The notes beneath the pieces are model-generated. The model was not told the origin of the DNA. It searched no databases and was given only the letters and a program-made list of their open reading frames with translations. Positions 1 to 13,325 of a stretch of DNA of 64,000 bases are shown here, piece after piece; within the stretch, counting starts at the first letter, position 1; every line of letters starts with the position of its first letter. The position numbers and the translations under genes are program-made. The stretch is from Lingula anatina (taxonomy: Eukaryota; Animalia; Brachiopoda): the NCBI GenBank assembly GCA_051362555.1, contig CM120644.1, positions 15,274,534-15,338,533 on the forward strand. The letters run 5' to 3'.

Positions 1-109
1 ATTGCGATTTGACATAAAGTGAAACTAAAAATAGATATTAAAAATAACCATCCCTGCAGCCTAAGCCCTTGAAATGCATTCCTTTTTTAAGCCAATCGAG
101 TAGAACGCG

Positions 110-3100
110 ATGTCGATGCCAGCAGATTTCGAGTCCTTACAACCAGAAGGCAAAGCCTTCGTTCGAGACCGAATAGACAAACAGGTCAGGGGAGACGAAG
201 ATTGGCATGTTACCAGGAAAGAAACGTCAGAAGCGATTGCCGAGGCGACAAAAGAGGCCGCTTACGACTTCAAGGGGACGAGGGGAGAAATCACTATTCC
301 GTCACCGCACGTGAAAGGTATTTTATGGTCTGATACCAGTGTGACAAAAATAGTAGTCCTAGGAATGAAACCCCGGGTTTTCTTTATGATAAGTACAGGT
401 TAGGGTTAGTCTAAGTATTGGGATTAGTATATAGGACGAATGTCATCTGTCCAAAGTAATGGGGAACGGACCACGGTTCCTGACGGACTGCCTTACATGT
501 TGTATAGGAATAAAAACATAATTAAGTTTTCAGATTTATTCTTTATTTGTCTGGTCTAAACCTTGCTTGCAAAACCGAGCCCTGTATGGAAATATTGGCT
601 CACTGACGTGTGGTTTGGTGTAGGGGAAGTTGCTTAGAGGTACCACAATTCCCTGACTCATTGGCATCTAGGGTATATATTGCACACAGGGCCTGTGTCC
701 TTTGCGCCTCTTGAATTGGCCTCCACTGGGATGATTTGATAGGATATCATCACAGATTATGTTAATGAGGCCATTCCGAATAGGGGACTAACTAGTCCGA
801 GGGTCAAATATGGCCGACTCACTTGAATACTTTCCCACGGGATATCTATATTCAGTGTCTATTAGCGGATTAGACGGCAAACTTTGTACATGTAGTGGGT
901 CGCAATATTTGACCCTCAGACTACTTAGTCCCCTATTCTGAATGGGGCCTATGCTGATACTCGGGTGTTACTTGTCTAGATGAGTGCAATTCCAATACGT
1001 GACATACATTTGGATGCATTTGCCGTACTGTATTATAGGATAACCCTTGCCATACTATACGGTACACCTTTCACCAGTTACGCACATAGAAGAAGTTCCA
1101 TGTACTTATTAAGGCAATACGCCAAGAATAAGTCTCCATTGCCTTCAGGGAGATAGGCTTTACGTTTATGAGGTCTAGATAAAGATAAGTTCGCAAGTTA
1201 TAAACATTATGCAAACAAATAACGCTGTTTTCATCGGATAGGTTCATAAATATACCACACCAGACGTCATTTTGACCTAGAATATTGTCTTAAATATTAC
1301 ATGGGATCAAAAGCGATATATTATTCAATTAAGAATGGCAAGAATCGTTTGTACTCGTACAAATTTCAGAGGGCCTTCCAGCGTGGGTTTACACCCCAGC
1401 CAATTGCCCCAAGAATCCCCCAATCCTTGTATACTTCCATGGCGGAGGCTGGGTCATCTGCACTTTGAACGATGTGGATACCTTTGTGAAGATGCTTACT
1501 GAGTAAGTCCCTTTTAATTTATAGTTTCAATAAACACGGGAAAAAATCTTTTGAAAAGATGTTATTGAAAGATGCCTACTCTGTAAACCATTTTACATTT
1601 TGCTAACGATGGAAGTCTCTCTTAAAACATTTAAAAGATACTGACAGAATAAGTTTGTTTACAATATGTTAAACACAACAAAATCTTTCCTGAAAATGCT
1701 TTTGTGAAGATGCTGGCTGAGAACGCCTTTCGGTAAAATTCAACCAATTTAAACATTGATTTCATTTTTTATGAAGTCGGTCATTGATTTTTTTTACTTT
1801 TAGTACCGCCAAATGCATCATAGTGAGCGTGGATTACCGCCTGGCACCAGAGCACAAATATCCCGCCGCCATTGACGACGCCGAGACTGCCGCCAAATGG
1901 GTTCTGGAGAACAAGGAATCTGTCGGTAAATACATAATACAAATACTTTGTTGTTAACGATAATAAAAAACGCATTTTAAAAAAGATACGTACATGAAGA
2001 TTAAAAAATTAGATAAATTAACGGATTAATTCGGTAATTCATTTAAATAGAAGTAGAAAAGACATCTTAGTTTGTCAAAATTTCTCTGCACTAGGCGGCA
2101 GCACGCTCAGCAAGGTTGGTGTCATAGGTGACAGCGCGGGAGGACATCTATCGGCCTGTGTGTCACATGATGTCCCAGGATTGGCATTCCAGGTAAAATG
2201 TTGCTTTCACCTTTTTGTTACGAATATTTTTGTGGATTTTATTTCTGGATTTTTGGCCATAGGAAGTGTTTGAATAAATCTCAATAAAGAACACTAGGCA
2301 AACTTACAATAACTGAAAACTAAATTGTTTTCTAAAAGGCTCGTCTTCAATTAAAAGATTATTAAAAAGAAGAAAATGGAAACGGAAGTTCAAAAATACA
2401 CACTACAATGCAATTATTTCATTGTGTTTTCTGGTCTGACAAAATGAGAAACAAAGTACGTGTACAATGTCAAAATTTTACAGACTTCATTTGCATCCTG
2501 GATCACCTGTCAATCTAAGTTCAGTGGCTTAAAAATACTGGTACACCGCATTTCCATGTTCTATCCCAGGTGCTCATCTATCCGGTGACGGATATGCGGA
2601 TTGACACCCGGGAGTCGTACAAACGCTATGCTGATGGCTATGTTCTTACCACTGAGTCTATGTACTGGTTAGTACGAGCAGTAAACATAGGGTCCTAAAG
2701 CCCCCGTCACACTTATTCGGAATCAACAGAAATCTATGACTAAATGACTAAATTTAAAAATCCGTACTACATTCCGGAAGAAATTTCAAATTGACCTAAA
2801 TTCTTGTAAAAGTGCCGTTGGAATACACAGAATGCGCTTGAATCCGCCTGGAATGATTCGTGCACATTTCGGCTGTATTCTCAAGTGGAGCTCGAATGTA
2901 GTTGGAAAACTGGGAATATCAATAATGCTGTCAGAATGCAGTCGGAATATTTAAATTACACTTCTAATGCCGTACGAGTGTAGCTCGATTTCTGGCTGAA
3001 ATAGGATCGAGATGCAATCGAGTTGCATTCAGGCTCATTCTAGCAGGATTTGAAGTGTCTTGCCATTTCGGTTCTCCCTCGAATGTGATCAGAATGTTTC

Positions 3101-4806
3101 GAATGCTGTCGGAATGCCGTGAGAATATTTAGAATGCAGTCATAGTGCAGTTAGAATACTATTCAAATGCCATTCGGTAATTTTCCACTTGGAATGCACT
3201 TCGAAAGTTTTTAACACGAGCAAAACATTCCGGCCGGCCAACAAGAATGGGTAAAAATATTTGGAATGCACTCGAAATTTTAAGAATGCTCGTCGAATAT
3301 CCAGGAACGCACAAAGAATTGTCTTTCCGACGGCGTTCTTGCTCATACCGCCTCTAGTGTGACGGGGGTATAAAACTAGTGGCCAATGTAAAGTGACGAT
3401 GTATTTGTGCCTCATATGTATGGTATTCTTAAAATTTATCCCCGTATCCAGATTGTAGAGATGATCTTTAATATGTGCATCAGTCTCTAATGAATGATGT
3501 CCTTATGTACATGTACATAAGTCGCACTACATGTATAAAGCCTAGGTCCCAAATACGTTTTGGACGCACGGTTTTTAGGTTCCTTGCGTCTGGCTAGGAC
3601 GTAGATCGCAGGGGGAAAAAATCAAGTAATTGTTGAAAAGTTTCTACGTGCTGTTTGCGTCTTCCAAAAGTCGCACGATGGACGTGCTCCTCACGCACGA
3701 ACTCCCACGTTTTCCCCATTTCTTTGGTCGTAGGCCACAGGTAGCAGCCGTACGTTCGGTTGGGACCTATAGGCTTAACTTCGTACAGCCGCATCTAAAA
3801 TAGACATTCGGTTTACAGCGAACGAGTGCATATGTCAGTATTTATAGTACAATCCATAATGATAGCAGCTTCAAAGAGGGTCAACGTCTTCACCCTTCTT
3901 TCCTATATATCCATTGAACATTTTGATGTTTTCTCGTTTCCAAGGCTTGTAAATCACTTTCTCCACAATGAGGCTGAGAGGTTGGATCCACGTGCATCTC
4001 CAATTCTCCGGACAAAGTTTGGCCACCTTCCACCAGCCTTGTATGTTGCCGCCACACACGATGTCCTGTTTGACGAAGGGATGGGTACATTTTATTTACT
4101 TTCTTATTGATGAGTTAATTAATTTATTAATTCTATTTGTTGAAAGATTTGTTTTATTTAGCTTCGTATCTAGTTTTTTTAAATATTTTTTAGTAAGTTG
4201 ACTATTTAGATGTTTATTTAGTGATGAATCTGTCTGTGAATTTATTTTCATTTCTCTGTTCAATGTTATTTCAAAGGCTCATTGGGCATTTTGTTTCCGA
4301 TCGAAACTAAGATATTTAATTAAAATCAACAAATATGCTCAACGTTACATTTCATTTTACATAAGTTGCCAATTTATGTATCCACTTTTAAAACAATACC
4401 ACAGTTATGCCATATGTTTATGTTTTAGAATATGCCAAAAAACTGAAAGAAGCCGGTGTAACGATTGAAACCCTTATGTTAGAGGGCATCACCCACGGTG
4501 TGGTTAATTTCCCAAGTAAGTTATATTTTATTTTCCTAGTGTACACTTCAGTATAACATTTCAACATTTAGAACCACTTAGAATTTTGATAAAGATCAAT
4601 CCATAATTATTGTAATTATTATTTACATCGTTACTGTTAGTTTCCATAAGACACTTTGTTGTACTTTGTCTTGGACATAATAACGTCATTTTGTCCATGT
4701 ACTATGTCAAGCAGTGCATATTTGTTGTTTTTCAGATTACTACAAAGAGACGGTCGCCATGACATGCAAAAAGATTGCAGAGTTCGTACAAAAGCATTCT
4801 GAATAA
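110..4806 (+). CDS. HSL-family (Abhydrolase_3) carboxylesterase, tandem copy 1, 8 exons, 318 aa
   Basis: Exons 110-317, 1370-1502, 1804-1925, 2095-2192, 2570-2667, 3945-4084, 4429-4515, 4736-4806, all GT-AG and in phase (957 nt). Motifs: YFHGGGW oxyanion hole, [20 protein letters not shown] nucleophile, HDVLFDE acid, ITHG catalytic His. No N-terminal transmembrane segment or signal peptide. Confidence 0.93.
768..950. mobile_element. MITE with long imperfect TIRs in esterase copy 1 intron 1
   Basis: AGGCCATTCCGAATAGGGGACTAACTAGTCCGAGGGTCAAATAT pairs with ATATTTGACCCTCAGACTACTTAGTCCCCTATTCTGAATGGGGCCT. Flanked by a duplicated ATG. Absent at the homologous site of copy 2 (gttaatgctgg). Same family in reverse orientation at 31232-31406. 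Confidence 0.85.
2699..3370. mobile_element. Non-autonomous PIF/Harbinger-like DNA element
   Basis: TIR CCCCCGTCACACT ... AGTGTGACGGGGG with TAA on both flanks (2696-2698, 3371-3373). Interior is rich in degenerate GAATG/CATTC units. Absent from intron 5 of copies 2 and 3. Confidence 0.8.
3539..3775. mobile_element. Harbinger-like MITE
   Basis: TIR AGCCTAGGTCCCAA ... TTGGGACCTATAGGCT with TAA on both flanks; specific to copy 1. Confidence 0.75.
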
Positions 4807-7001
4807 ACGTTCGTCGTATCAGCATTAAAGGAATAATAACTCTTCGTTTCGGCCAAAAAATTAATTTTCCTGGAGTAAACAACAATTTTCCCATACTTAC
4901 CAATGATTAATGAATCCATTTTTACATTCAAAGTTAGTCCCTGGTTTTTTTCTAAAAAGTTTGGTTTTTTGTTAAAATCTCTTAAGAGATATTAACAGAG
5001 TATAGCCATCAATGGAGGTCACGTGGTCTAAAGACCAGCTCAGATATCAGAATAATAGCTATAACTACCGTTTTTGTGGTAAAACAGAATATATTATATT
5101 TCTATGAGTTATTCGCAATGTTTTTACTGTGAAATATAGATCTCATACGAAGAGTTATTATCCCTTTAACCACGAGAAGCAAGGCGCGCTCATATAGCTG
5201 AGTATTGACTGCAAGATACATGTAGGAAGCACTGGTAACTAACAGCGACGTCTATCGTTTGATTATAGTGGAGTATTACCCCTGGTAGTTATACATGCAT
5301 GTGCTTTCGACACCCAATATTTTAATTCGGCAACCTTATACCGATTAGTCCCTCGGGTTTATAGATTGTGATTTTCTCGATGGTTTTAGAAAAATATATA
5401 CTTTGGTAATTTTTTTAATCAAATTATGTAAAATTAACACGTTTGATGTTGCACGACCTTGTTTTCAATTCAGTTAGGTCAAGGTTAAGGTAAATGCCGT
5501 GAGGTCTTTCCTGATTTTGTTATAACTCCGTAATAAAGGCTAATACTTTCTTGGTCGGACAGGAAAAATCTTTTTTGTTTGCTTATTTGTTTATAAAAAC
5601 AGTGCAACAGGAAATACATACAGAGAAAATAAATGGGTGATATATCATAAAATGTTTTTAAATTACGGTTAATATGCATAATTCTACATAAGCTGTAGTG
5701 ATTCAACAGTTTATGATCAAGCAATTCAATATAATTTGATGTTTTCAGAATACAAACAATTATGCAAAATCATCAGGAAAAAATTGAATACGTGACATAT
5801 GCATCTCTGCAAGGGAAAACAACTGTGATCTGAATATGATAGATCAATCTTTTATGATCCATCAAGAAAATATAATATTTATAATGTATAATAAAGTAGT
5901 TGAGATGTGGTATGCATTGTAAAACCGGGTAGACCCCATTCCCATACCTAGATCGATCAAGCAGGATAGACCCATCTCCGAGGGGTTTCTCGCTAAGTTG
6001 CATTCAGCTTTAGCGGCTTAGATGCCTGACACGGTATGGGGTGGGAATTGGGCCTTTTGATCAGGGCGGGGGGGGGGGGGATTATGGCGGTTTGTGAAAC
6101 CAAACAACTAGCGTCACCCAATACCGTCCGCTGTCCTTATTAGCTCTTTACTGAAAATATGTTGACCCTTGAACTGGAATAATCGACCACCGATTAAAAA
6201 AAATCTTAGGAGTGCAATAAACATACAGTAATGGCCCTGATAACTGACCGGGTTTCGGTGACCACCAGACTACCAGTATATGACTAGACAGCGCCTTGCA
6301 TGGCCTTATTACCGGTGTAACTCAGGTAACGGCAGTCCAATCCCCAGCAATGTTAAACAGGCCATTCAAGGTAGGGTAACATCAAGGTTATTTTCATTCA
6401 GTTTATTTAAAGCAGTTAAGTTCCTTGTTTGTAACGAGTATAAAGGGGCCGTGTGACAGTTGCGTCTTAGAATTAACCGAACTAGATCAGTATCAGACGG
6501 GGAAAGGCAGTTTAGTTCCTTTTTGATAGTTCTGCGGCGCTCCTTTTTTAAGCAAATCAAGCATCCAGTAGAACGCGATGTCGATGCCTGCGGATTTTGA
6601 GTCCTTACAACCCGAAGCCCAAGCCTTCGTTCGAGACCGAATAGACAAACAGATCAGGGGAGACGAAGACTGGACGGTTACCAGGAAAGAAGCGTCAAAA
6701 GCAACTGCTGAGGCGACAAAAGAGGCCGCTTACGACTTCAAGGGAACGAGGAGAGAAATCGCTATTCCGTCACCGCACGTGAAAGGGTCTTATACCAGTG
6801 TGACAGGAATAGTAGTCCTAGGAATGAAAGTCCATGTGATTAGTACAGGTTAGGGTTAGTCGGAATATTGGGATTAGTTTGTAGGGCGTATGTCACCTGT
6901 GCAAAATATTGAGGAACGGACTACGGTTTCTAACGGACTACATTACAAGTTATGTAGCAATAACACATGCCTTGGTTTTAAAATTTATGCTTTATTTGTC
7001 C

Positions 7002-7110
<109 letters not shown>

Positions 7111-9910
7111 TGTGAAAAACCGAGCCCTGTTTGGAAATATTGACTCATGACGCGCGTTTTCACGAAGTTGTGTTAATGCTGGTACTCGGGCGTCCCGTGT
7201 CTAGACGAGTGCAACTCCCATACCTGGCAAAGGTGTATTTGCCGTACTATTTATGATAACACTTGCCGTAATATACAATATACTTTACCCTAGCTAATCA
7301 CTTATAGAAGAACAGGTTACATGTAACTTATTAAGAGTTATATGGTAAGGATAAATCCCAATTGCATGTAGAGAAATAGGCTTTTCGTTTATGAGGTCTA
7401 AGATACAAATAAATTCCCAAGTTATAACATTATGCAAACAAAAAAAACGCTTTTTTTTTCCATTGGATATATTCAGATATCCGCACGAGACATCTGTCTT
7501 AGAATAGTGTCCTATACATCGCGCAGGAACTAGAGCAATGTATTATTAATTTTTGAACCATTTAGCATAACATGAATAGAAACGATTTATGTCATGCTTA
7601 ATGGCTCTAAGTCGAATGAAGAATTTCTCATTCATTTTAGAACCATTAAGCATACCATGAATCGTTTGTATTCGTATTAATTTCAGAGGGCCTTAGAGCG
7701 TGGGTTTACACCCCGGCCAATTGCCCCAAGAACCCCCCAATCCTTGTGTACTTTCACGGCGGAGGCTGGGTCATCTGCACTTTGGACGATGTGGATACCT
7801 TTTTGAAGATGCTAACTGAGTAAGTCTTTTTTAATTTACAGTTATAAACACAATAAAAAGATCTTTTCAGATGTTTTTGAAGATGCGGACTCAGTTATTA
7901 CAATTTGCTAACGATGGAAGTATCTCCTGAAACATTTCGAAAGTACTGACAAAGTAAGTTCGTTTACAATGTGTTGAACACAAAAAAATCTCTCCTGAAA
8001 ATACTTTTGTAAAGGTGTTGTCTGAGTACGCCTTTTTGCAATTTCTTAAGCACAACAAACATCTTTTCTGAAATACTTTAGTGAGCTGCTGATGTCCCCT
8101 TTCCTTTGCTCAGCACAACAAAAGCCTCTCCTGAAATGGTATGCTTTAGTTATCATATAAATCACTTGGGCACTAAACTTATTATCAGTCAAATGTGTAT
8201 GGCAGAAAGAAAAAAAAACAGATAGTATTACAAACCATTCACAAATAAGTCTGTTGATGGTAGTAATAAAGCTCGGGTAATTTATGAATTCATGCATGCT
8301 CTTACTTTTCGATCTTTTAAATAGCGGTTGCACTGTCATTTTAAAACTCGGTTGTGATTGCTGCCCATTTACTAGGGTCTAAATGGCAACGCGGTCGACT
8401 TTATGTAGTGGGCTTTTCAGATTTTGCAGCTTAAGTAAATATTAACTAATTGTTAACACCGTTTTCTTTATTGTAAAGTCGGTCATTGAAGTTTTACTTC
8501 TAGTACCGCCAACTGCATCATAGTGAGCGTAGACTACCGCCTGGCACCAGAGCACAAATATCCTGCCGCCATTGACGACGCCGAGACTGCCGCCAAATGG
8601 GTTCTGTGGAACAAGGAATCTGTCGGTAAACATATTAATAGACATACGTTGTTGATAACGATAATGCAAACGCATTGGAAGAAAGTTACACACTGGTAGA
8701 TAAAAGACATGTTAGAAAAATTGATAAATTAATTTGGTAAATTAAGTCATCATATCAATTTACAGTATCGATAACATCAATCAATATTTACATAAAAACG
8801 TTTATGATAGATTTATCACAAAATTATTGTAGTTAATCATTGAAAAATATTGAAGGCTACTGACAATAAAACGCTTCCATTTGTTTTTGATCATTTAAAG
8901 AGAAGTTGAAATGGCGTCTTAGTTTGTCAAATTTTATATGCACTAGGCGGCAGCACGCTCAGCAAGGTTGGTGTCATAGGTGACAGCGCGGGAGGACATC
9001 TATCGGCCTGTGTGTCACATGATGTCCCAGGAATAGCATTCCAGGTAAAATGTTGCGTTCACCTTTTTTCTCTTGCAGCTATTTTTGTGAAAATTATTTC
9101 TGGATTTTTGACCATTGGAAGTGTTTGAATAAATTTCAATAAAAAAAAAAAAAATGGCAAACTCGTATACCTGGAAACAAAATGGTTTTCGAAAAAGCAC
9201 AGAAAAACGAAAGGGGGTCGTTTTTAATTAAAAAGAGACGAAGAAAGAAAGAAAGAAACTGGAGACGGAAGCTCTAAAATTCCCACTTCCTTTGCCATGA
9301 TATTAAGTAAAAAATATGCAATGCACACTACAATGTAATCATTTCATTGTGTTTTCTCGTCTAACAAAATGAGAAACAAACTACATCTTCAATGCCAAAA
9401 CTTTACAGACTTAATATGCGCCACGAATCGCCTGTCAGTCTCAGTTCAGTGGCTTTAAAAATACTTGTACACTGTATTTCCATGTTCTATCCCAGGTACT
9501 CATCTATCCGGTGACAGATATGCGGATTGACACCCGGGAGTCGTACAAACGCTATGCTGATGGCTATTTCCTAACCACTGAGGCTATGTACTGGTAAGTA
9601 CGAGCAATAAACTTGAATTCTAGCGTGAACTTAATACTGGTGGCCTATATTATGTGATGGTGTTTATGTGCCTCATATTTAGGGTAATTTTAATATCTGC
9701 CCACGGATCCAGATTGTAGATTTGTACATTTGTCTTATATTTAGGTTGTAGCATATTAAAGACATATATTGTACTTCAAATTCAAGAAGATACCCATGTC
9801 AAATAAAACAGGCTTCTACAGCGGTAGATGCGTTGCATGTTTACGTCGTACAGCCGCATGTAAAATCGACAATTGGTTTACAGAGGTTCAAAGCGTGTGA
9901 ATATTTACAG

Positions 9911-10204
9911 CAGTGGCGGATTTTGGCGAAGGTCAGGTGGGTCCTGACCCTCTTTGGTTTCTGGAAAAAAATCACACCAATAGTCCCTTCTTGAAATTAG
10001 AATTTTGACTAGCTGAATCATAGTTCTCAACCTTACCAACTGGCACCATTCGTCCTCTAAATTAAACACCAAAAATTTCCAAGGCCCACGCCAAAGGGGG
10101 CGAGGGTTGGCTTCCCATCCAAGACCTGTCATTCCTAAAAAGAAAGAAAGAAAAAAAATGGACCCCTCCTTCAAAAAATTTTTGGCCCGCCCTTAATCTA
10201 CCTG
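9911..10204. mobile_element. CAGTGGCGGAT-type MITE in copy 2 intron 5
   Basis: Starts CAGTGGCGGATT and ends with a degenerate AATCTACCTG. Absent from copies 1 and 3. Related termini at 49741-50007 and ~60080. Confidence 0.6.
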
Positions 10205-12188
10205 TAGCAGGTTCAAAGTCTTCGCGGTTCATTCCTTGACATGTTCCTGTATATCCATTGAACATTTTGTTATGTTCTCGTTTTCAAGGTATGTAAATCA
10301 CTTCCTCCACAACGAGGCTGAGAGGTCGGATCCACGTGCCTCTCCAATTCTCCGGACTAAGTTCGACCACCTTCCACCGGCTTTGTACGTGGCTGCCACC
10401 CACGATGTCCTGTTTGACGAAGGGATGGATAATTTTATCTATTAACCTATTGATGAGTTTATTAATTTATTAACTTGCTTTGTTAGAATATTATTTTTCA
10501 TTTAGATTTATATTTAGTTGGTTAATTTTTTAGTAAGTTGACCACATGCCCTGGGATTGAAATGCTTATTTAGTGGTGAATCTATCTGTGATTTTATCTT
10601 TATTTTTCTGTTCCATGTTATTTTAAAGGTTCATAAGGCTTCTTGTGTCCGACCGAACCTAAGATATCTAAATAAAATCATCAAAGATGTACAGGTACAT
10701 CTGAATTTACTGAAAATGTCAAATTACGTATCCACTTATTAATTAATACCACAGTTACGCCATGTGTTTGTCTTTTAGAATATGCCCAAAAACTGAAAGA
10801 AGCTGGCGTAACGATTGAAACCCTTATGTTAGAGGGCATTACCCACTGTACGATTAATTTTCCAAGTAAGTTATATTTATTTTCCTAATATAAATTTCAG
10901 TATAGCATTTCAGCATTTAAATACACTTAGTATATTGTAATAGATATCAATTCATAATGATAATATTTATTATAATTATTATTTCTATGTATTTATTTAT
11001 TTATTTACAGTACAGCCTTCGGAATGCACATACCACTACATCTTGTTGTATTATGTCAAGCAGTGCATATTTGTTGTTTTTCAGATTATTACAAAGAGAC
11101 GGACGCCATGACATGCAGGAAGATTGCAGAGTTCGTAAAAAAGCATTCTGAGTAAACATCCGCCGTATCAGCATTAAACATGAGAAGCAAGGCGTGCTCA
11201 TATAGCTGAGTATTAACTGCAAATTAGAATGCACTGGTAATTAATAAACAGCGCCATCTATCGTTTGGTTATAGCGGGGTATTAATTATACATGCATATT
11301 ATTCAATAATCATATACCGATTAGTCCGTAGGGTTTATATTTTGCGATGATTTCAATGGTTTTAGGTAAGGAATGCATTGGCAATTTTTGTATCAAATTA
11401 AACAAAGTTAGCACGTTCGATGTAACACGAGTTTGTTTTCAATTCAGTTCAGGCAAAGTTTAGGTAAATGCCGTGAGGTAACAAGGGCTCAGACATTCCT
11501 AGTTGGACAGGAAAATGTTTTTTGTTTGTCAGTAACTGTGTTTGTTTGTTTGTTTTGAAAAACAATGCAGCTAATCTTCATGTGTAGACAATACACATAG
11601 AGAAAATAAATGAGTGATATATCATCAACTGTTTTAAAATTACGGTTACTACATGGGCTGTAGTGACTAACGAAATGGGATGAAGTAATTCAATATAATT
11701 TGATGTTTTGTTTCCAAAATACAAAGACTTATGCAAAATCATGACGATAAAGTGAATACGTGGCATGTATACATGTGTTATATATCTCTACAAGGGAAAA
11801 CAACTTTGATCTGATTATGAGTAGGTTAATCGTTTATGATCCAATAAAAAATGATAATAATAATGTTCAAATAAAATGAAAAGATGACACAAACCACCAA
11901 ATAAACAAGCTGTCGATAGTTGAAAATGCTTTGAGTGCATAATAATGATTCTCCAGCTCCAAGATTAGCATACATTATATTAATACAAAATATTTCAGTC
12001 CCTTAGCAAATAGCAAAAATCTGGGCCGTCCGCAATTGTCCAACGAGGCATGGATAATATTTTGCAAACATGTCGCAGACTTAAATGATGCGACAATGCA
12101 ACATTTCTTTGCAAGCCCCTGAAAACGTCTAAAGAATGTTCGCCGCAAACTAAAAAGTTTCCATTTGCTATGGATGCCAAAACGTTGA

Positions 12189-12665
12189 TAAAAGCCTAGG
12201 GTTTGTTGCACTCTTCCTTCGAAATTCCTGCCCTGGAATCCACTTGTTGCACACTGAAAAAGCAACGATCAGTTGTTGGTCAACGCCGCCGTCTGTGCTT
12301 ACTCAAAGACAACTCGGTGTCAATAACTTCAAGCTTTGACACAAAATAATGACAAAAAATAGACATCTGTTCTTTATGACTTTGTCTGATGGTGAAATAA
12401 CGTTTCATTAATGAAGTAAATGCAGAATACCATAAGCTCCGTAAATGTATAGAAAAAATGTTTCATCAGAATTACACAATCGCAAGACATCAATTTCTTG
12501 ATTTTCAGCCTAAAAGCTGCACCGTCTTGAGTGCGTCTATGTATAGATAGTTCATGTGATGCACATACCCCATTTTGATCACGATAACACTGAGCATGCC
12601 GCGTGCCTCGTGCGGTAATCTCCAATACTGCTCTGTCTGAGATTGTACCAGAAAACAGCAGACGC
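12189..12665 (-). pseudogene. Duplicated, decayed last two exons of the prolyl 4-hydroxylase alpha gene
   Basis: 12569-12665 copies exon 19003-19099 (ASAVFWYNLRQS..DYRTRHAAC) with a GGA>TGA stop at 12579-12581. 12189-12253 copies the terminal exon with a 6-nt deletion and a lost stop codon. Confidence 0.9.
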
Positions 12666-13325
12666 CTGAACAATTTTGAAGTAGAAATACTTTTACTTCA
12701 TGTTATAAAATTACCGCCTCGCTGTTTTAGGCCTTACAGATATTACAAATTCAACAATTTACCCAGACAGCGCCGTGGCCCAATTATTACTATTATTATA
12801 AATCAGGTAACGGCAGCCCAATCTTCAGCTGTGTAAAATAGGCCATTCAAGGTTAGGTAACGTCAAGGTTATTTTCATACGGTTTTAGTATCTAGTTCCT
12901 TGACAATTTTGCAGCAGTGGTGAGTATATAGTGATAAGCAAACACTGTGCAACGAGTATAAGTGGCCGTGTGACAGTTGCGTCTTGAAATAAACCGGACT
13001 CGATTAGTATCAGCCGGGAAAAGGCGAACTCCATTCACTGTTGAAAGAAGTCTAGTGCTTAGACATTTTACAACGTACGTGATCATGCGTGACCTAAATC
13101 TAAACGAATATCACAAACCCCGCAGCTACAACGTAAGCTTATATAAGTGAATCAGAGAGCATTTACTTAGCAATCCATACTGCATGAAAGCTGTGTTTTC
13201 CTCGGATTGATTGCATTTTGAAAGAGATTGAGGCTAAAATTAATATTGAAAATAACCATCCCTGCAGCGTATGGGCCTTGAAATGTATTCCTTTTTTAAG
13301 CCAATCGAGCATCCAGTAGAACGCG

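Noticed and set aside
399-410. GGTTAGGGTTAG telomere-like hexamers (also ~6848)
   Set aside because: Only two units, within a duplicated intron; not an interstitial telomeric array.
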